Under the pieces are notes generated by a model. The model had not been told where the DNA came from. It saw only the letters and a list, made by a program, of their open reading frames with translations, and did no database searches. A DNA stretch of 64,000 nt from the NCBI GenBank assembly GCA_048013815.1, contig CM106586.1, forward strand, positions 5,208,001-5,272,000, written 5' to 3'. Within the stretch, counting starts at the first letter, position 1. Every line of letters starts with the position of its first letter. The DNA is from Setoptus koraiensis (Eukaryota; Animalia; Arthropoda). This document shows positions 58,097 through 64,000 of this stretch, piece after piece. A program made the translations under genes and the position numbers.

Positions 58097-61000
58097 AACT
58101 ATCCTGTTAGGGTACCCATGATATTTGGAAATTTATCTATCATTTGCTCTTCTGTCACTGATATTACTGAGAGAGCTACTATTTTTTTACTATTATTATT
58201 TTATTACTGTGATACCATTAGCAAAAACGTAACAAAATTAGAATTAATACGCTGTTGCTGTGTAATAGGCAAAAATTTTGGTTGTAGTTTGGTTTGGCTA
58301 GGCCGTCTTTCAAAAATTGAACTGTATATGTTATATGCCTGTTATGAGTGTTTGGGGCTGAAACTATCTGAGCATGCTCAAAACGAAACAAAATTTTCGC
58401 ATTTCAGACACATTCGCATTTCGCAGCCAAAACAACATTCGCCAACTACTGCCACTACCACTACCACTACCACTGCCACTACTACTAGTACTGGCACCAC
58501 TACTAGCTCTACACTACTGGTACTACACTACTATACCACTATAATTCGAACAACTACCACCGCTACTACTAACACTGTATTATGATCTTCTCAGCACCAA
58601 TGGTAGTAGGAACGAAATAAAGGCAACAACAACTCAAGCAGCGCGCATGCTGTTGAATTCTCTTTCCCTCCCTCCTCCTATGTCTGTCTGTCCGCCTGTC
58701 AGCTTGCTCTTTCAGCATAGCATGTGCGTGTGTGTGTGTGTGTGAGTTGGTTTATCTTCTTTGTGTAATGTTGGCGTATCATCTGACTCGTCACCACTCG
58801 TCATGCACACACACAAAACTGGAATTCTTGCTTTACGCATTTATCCGCACACACACACACACGCACACATACACGCACACACAAGCGCACACACACACAC
58901 TCTCTCGCTGGTTAATAGTCAGAACTCACTCTATATGCACACAATTCTTGTCCTATCTCTCGTTCGCTTGCATTATATAGCGTTTATATGCGCTGCTGGC
59001 AGCCAAATTATCAGCTAGCAGCGGCGCGGCAGAGGCGCATGCTAGCTCTGCATGAGTTGCAAGCGCGCTTTCCTCTCGCTCTCTTTCTCTCTCTCACACA
59101 CACACACACGCTCGCAGTCGCAAGCATTCTATATCCTACACACCATTAGGCTTGCTCTGTTAGCTTGTGCGTCTGTCACAATCTATCCTAACAAACAGTT
59201 TGCGTGTGCGTGTGTTTGTGTGTGCGGCAACACCAAAAGTACCAACTAGCAGCGGCAGCAACAACAACAACAGCCAAAGCAGCAGCAGCAGAATAAAACA
59301 TGACGAAACTGCCAGTACACACACACACAAGCAGCACAAATATACGGCGTATATTATCGTCGTGGATTAGATTATATAGTGAGCGCAGTGAATGCAACAA
59401 CAGGCACGATGCACATGAAACATCACATCACATTACAGCGAACACACACAAACGGACAGACGTGCACACACACACATTCTACTCTATACTGGATTTCTCT
59501 CTTTCTTTCTCCTCTCTCTCTCTCTCGCTCCTCTCTATCGCACAACACTCGACACACACACACACACTACTCTATACGCTGGATCTGACACACAAGCAAT
59601 TTGAGTTGTCTCATTTCTCTTTTTCGCTCTCTCCGCTCCTCTGTTTCGCTCTCTCAATATAGAACATTTTGGTGCCTATCGCTCTCATTTTTGCTCCTCT
59701 CGCTGCTCAATTTGTCTCTATCGCTCACAAACCACTCTATATAGCATCCTGTCTCTCTTTCTCCTTTCTAGTCACCATTCTTTCAATTCGCAGCAGCATT
59801 TGTTGTTGTTGTTGTTGTTTTTGCTGTTATTGTTGTTGCTGATGCCAGTTGTGCGGCAGATAGGGCTGCCTTTGCCATTGCCTCCCTCTCTCTCTCTCTC
59901 TCTCTCTGCCAGTGTGTGCAAGCGATGTGTTGCTGGCTGTCGCTGCTGCCGCCGCTGCTGTTGCCGATGTTTCCTCCTCTTCTCCACTTTTATCAAACGT
60001 TTCTAAAGCACCAACTGTGAACTCATGTGTGCTCTCGTCGTCGCTGATATACGTTCTATGTTGGCCGACTATTACAATTCCATTACCGCCGCCACCACCA
60101 CCAGCGCCACCAGCGCCACCGCCGTCACTGCTGCTGCCGCCGCTGCTGTCTCTGCTGCAACCACCACAATTTGATCCTATCCAACTCATCATCATGATCG
60201 AATCGGCCATTCATTCAGGCAGGCGCACTCGGCAACAGCAACAACGACAACAACTGCTGCTGCCACCACTGCCGCCACCACCACTGCTGCCAATGCCACT
60301 GTTGTTGTTGTTACCGCTGGCGCCGCTGATGGCGCCGCTGTTGCTGCCATTTCCAATTCTAATTCATATATAATGCCATAATACTATTACCACCGCTACC
60401 ACCAACAACACTATCGCTGACTCACTCGCTACAGCTTGCGCTCTACATGTGTGCCATGTTGATTGGCAATGAAATAGTGCGCAAATCCTCTAGGCGATAA
60501 TATGCAATACAACGCGCGTATATAGAGAACTATCGCACTTTGGGGCCAGCATGCACCTCATCCGCTCACGCACGCACGCACGCAAGCCAGAGCCGCGCGC
60601 TAACTGTCAATGGCGCTCTATAGCCGATCTAGCCTCTCTCTCTCTCTCTCTACGACTAGTGATGTGTAGAGCTGTTAATTGGGCCAAGAGTTACAAACAA
60701 CAAACTCTCTCCACCTTGGTGCCTTTCGCAGCCATTATTTTAGCTAGATAATTGCAACGAATAATAGCTGTTACATGCCACACTAATCAACTTCACTCAA
60801 CTTGGACAAGGCAAGGCTCGCTCGAAATCGAGCCATCTTGCACATCTATTACATAATGACATAATGCTGCACATTTGTTGCGCATCCAAACACACACACA
60901 CACACACACGCTGAAGGCTAGCGAGAGGCTGCGTGATGCGCTGCATATGTGTCGCGATTCTCTCTAGTCAGCCAACTTTTCTTCAATAGAAATTTATGTG

Positions 61001-61633
61001 TGCCTTGTTGTGTCTTCTTCCTGTACAGTAATTCGAAAATTCTCTCGTTCCAGGGAAACCTCTCATAGATAAGTTCACTTTTCCTTTTACACGGAGGGGC
61101 GCACACATACTCTTGAGTCTAACAGCTTCGTTAAGCTTAAAATATTAGCATATCTGCGGCTCAGCATCATCATGTTCGAGGGCACTTATTCACTCCACTT
61201 TCCTTTGCATACATGACTAGGAACAACAACAATTCTAACAAATGATCTGTATGGAGCTGATCAGGGTGAAGCCCCACGCACATACACACAACTGAGCGGC
61301 CCAGCTAGCTAGCTGACTAGTTAGCTTTATTGGATAGATTGCGCTATTGGCCCGCCCAAAGTGTTGATAGCTATTCCAGTGGCTACATAGCTCAGCGTTC
61401 ACACATATTGTTATGGTATGCAAATGGTCTCGTTCTTTAGCTAACAAACAAATAAATTAAAAATCGCACTCATGTCTTCATTCGAATATTAAATTGAAAA
61501 AATTGTCTATTTTATCTTAGCAACAATATTTTTATGTCAATCTATCTATCAAACACTCGAATTAATCAATTAGCATCCAAGATCTTGAGTTGATCCATTA
61601 ACGTTACCAAACAAAATTAAAGTCTCAACCATC

Positions 61634-62946
61634 ATGTCAGCAGAAGATGATAACATCAATCCAACAACAAATACCGAAAATGACGATCTAGACGATGAAA
61701 AGAATGCCTATGATGAAGCAGCAACTCGCGAGGCCGCTCGCAAAAGGTGCTACAAGTACCAGGACCCACCCAAGTTATACCAAGTTGATGTTAGTACAAC
61801 ATGGACCTTGATCTCACTCATACTATTCGATATTTCTTCTTAATTAATATATTGGAACTGACCCATTCTGTTCTAACCATTCCGCTGACAGGGAGATTCA
61901 GCTCTTAAAGGCCTTCAACAGTTAGTCTCCTCTTATATAACAGAACAGGAAATATGTTACATGGCCGAACTACAAGACTACATGACAGATCAAAGTGGCT
62001 CATGGACCGTTGGTGACGAGCACTTGACGATGCTGTCGGAATTTCTAGTCAATAAAGATAACAAATATGCCCCGAACGTACCGTTGCTCACTTTACAAGT
62101 TCTCCAAGGTGAGATATCGCACTCAAACAACTTTCAAACACACTTGAATCAGCACATACAGAATCACTAAGACAGGTTCTAAACGTTTTGCTAGCTAACC
62201 TCATTAACGATCATCTAACTTTTCTCCATTTGTACCCCAATAATTTAATATGGTGATAACAATAATATGTAAAAAAAATGATAATCTAGCGTCTGCACTC
62301 AAAGATGACTTTGTGTTAATACTTCATCAGGATCGTAAAGAACACAGACTAATGTCTTATATGAACACAATGGAGCAATTAACTTTGGCAGAACAAGAAG
62401 AGATTGTAAAATTGTTATGTAACTTGTGCGGGGTGCCGGGTAGTTTTGATTGGCTTATGTACATATCTGAGGTGAGTTTCAAAATAGTGAAAACAAACCA
62501 CTGAAATTTCAATCTGTGCTCCGATATCTAACCAACATATTTTTTTTCAATTCTTTATCCTTCTTATTATTCCCTGATAGTGGACGGATCACGATGGGTC
62601 CGTTACTAGTAACAGTAGAGTTACAACAAAAGCTGCCGTCCATGCAATCTTGAACGACAAGTTAACAACCCTTCAAGATTGCGGTATTAATCTCATGTTT
62701 AATTTGGCCTTGAAAAATGTTTTTGATGATGTTGCATCAGAATTATCAACGGCTATCTTGCAATATCTTCACACTGACATCAGTGAGAAGCACACCCTCT
62801 TGTGTGTGGTGGCTCTGACGAGATTCATCGAAATCAACTCGTCAGACGTGATGGCCCTCGTCAAGATGCTGGGTCCTGATTTGAACAAGCTCAAAGGCAA
62901 AACCGCTGAAATTGATCAACTGGTGGAGGCCATAGAATCTAAATAA
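61634..62946 (+). CDS. PUL-like (ARM-repeat) domain protein resembling the C-terminal half of arthropod PPPDE+PUL proteins
   Basis: Exons 61634-61789, 61892-62108, 62290-62471 and 62581-62946 are phase-compatible. Motifs ELQDYM..GSW, SFDWLMYISEW, SNSRVTTKAAVHAIL, VFDDVASELSTAILQ and LVKMLGP. Confidence 0.75.
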
Positions 62947-63695
62947 AGATAATCAGTCAGTCCGTTCCTGCTTTAGACATGGGTTGTTGTTGCTAAAACT
63001 TCTTAAATTATGTTGAAATCAAAAGTATGATGATTTATATATACAAAAGCACTGTTTTATCTTTGATTGTCAGTCTAGGTACCAAGAGAGATGTTGATGT
63101 GGTACTAGTAATGCTATCTATCTATATATTAAAATAAAGTAAGGCATAAAAAATTTATAAATTAAAATAACTGGTAGTGCAAGATGGATTGATAGTATAC
63201 AAGAAGCGGACATTTTTGTCCATCAACTTTGGGTTTTGTCCATGGATCCTAGTGGCGATTAGAGACGAGCAACGAAAAAAAATTGACATACAAATAATGT
63301 TGGCCAATCAGCACTGTATCGTAACACCATCTCATGTGACCATTATTTATGAACGCGCGATACTTGCAAAAATAACAAATAGATTAACAGGACAAATATC
63401 GTATGAACCGGTCAATAGCACGCGTTGAAACTGCATCATTTTGCACGAACGTTTTTCACATATAAGATATATCCTTTATTTATTGGACTGTCATATGTTG
63501 AGTGAAGCATCTGGTTATTATCCATAAAATATTCGTCTTAAAACATTTGTTTTAAAGAATTTTATTCGAAGCATTCAATGAGTTCTTCCAGAAGAAGAAT
63601 TCTATTCCTCAAACTGCAAAAACGTGGAAATTTGTTTTGAAATTATCAGTGGAGGCTTCATATCAATTTTGAAGATATACACAACTTTCACAATC

Positions 63696-64000
63696 ATGGA
63701 TCGTCATTCCGACCTCGAAGGTCTACTCAAGTATTTTATGGAGAAAATCGAGACTATCGAGATGACTATACCCCTCACAAAGCTTTGTCATCAAACTCAA
63801 ATTAAAACTGACGATCCAAATGCTTTAAAATTTAGATTACCTGTTGGAAACATGGGAGGTCTGATTCACAACAACGGTAGCATATCGGAAGCAATAGATG
63901 GATTCAGTGACGTTGATTTGAAGGCACTAGAACAAAATGTCAATGATATGGAAGAACTCATCGACAAAATAAATAACAAGATCAAGGATCAGGAGATGAA
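63696..64000 (+). CDS. SKA1: Spindle and kinetochore-associated protein 1-like, 5' part running off the window
   Basis: Open from the ATG at 63696 (aatcATGG) to the window end and absent from the ORF track. SDLEGLLKYFMEKIETIEMTIPL resembles my recollection of the human SKA1 N-terminus SDLEQLCSHVNEKIGNIKKTLSL, and a coiled coil follows. Confidence 0.62.
   Translation, partial: MDRHSDLEGLLKYFMEKIETIEMTIPLTKLCHQTQIKTDDPNALKFRLPVGNMGGLIHNNGSISEAIDGFSDVDLKALEQNVNDMEELIDKINNKIKDQEM

Noticed and set aside
56827-58585. Hydrophobic poly-L/V and poly-T ORFs on the plus strand
   Set aside because: Antisense translation of the polyQ CDS and of (ACT)n repeats in the upstream region.
59772-60373. Gly/Pro/Gln-rich ORFs on both strands
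   Set aside because: Trinucleotide-repeat DNA keeps frames open, and there is no domain or splice context. A lncRNA or micro-exon cannot be excluded.
1-64000. tRNA, snRNA, rRNA, conserved miRNA or CRISPR arrays
   Set aside because: No such signatures found by eye and no repeat-spacer array; tRNAscan-SE and Infernal would be needed to exclude them rigorously.

Overview
Eukaryotic, arthropod-type genomic DNA. I infer a streamlined acariform (possibly eriophyoid-like) mite from the chelicerate-type ImpL2, short GT-AG introns of about 65-125 bp and extreme intron loss; this assignment is inference only. The window has two kinds of sequence. About 1-23.7 kb is an ORF-poor, microsatellite-rich desert upstream of an ImpL2-like two-Ig gene, and similar shorter stretches lie at about 48.8-51.5 kb and 58.1-61.6 kb. 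Between them are very compact gene islands: MKS1, CNOT2, a CIAO1-WDR4 in-frame fusion, an intronless divergent dynein-2 heavy chain, ULK3, an N-terminally extended or fused DHFR, BLOC1S2, an orphan coiled-coil gene, PSMD8, a polyQ-PCGF/Psc gene, a PUL-domain gene and the start of SKA1. Three hAT-like MITEs lie at 31.4-32.2 kb and 48.5-48.8 kb. The most striking signals are two housekeeping genes with a second protein module in the same ORF (CIAO1+WDR4, and an unknown, possibly SKA2-like domain + DHFR), each keeping an AUG at the junction; an antisense CDS overlap between ULK3 and DHFR; and repeated domain loss. No tRNA, rRNA, snRNA, miRNA or CRISPR was recognised. All homology calls come from my recollection of family motifs, not from database searches.
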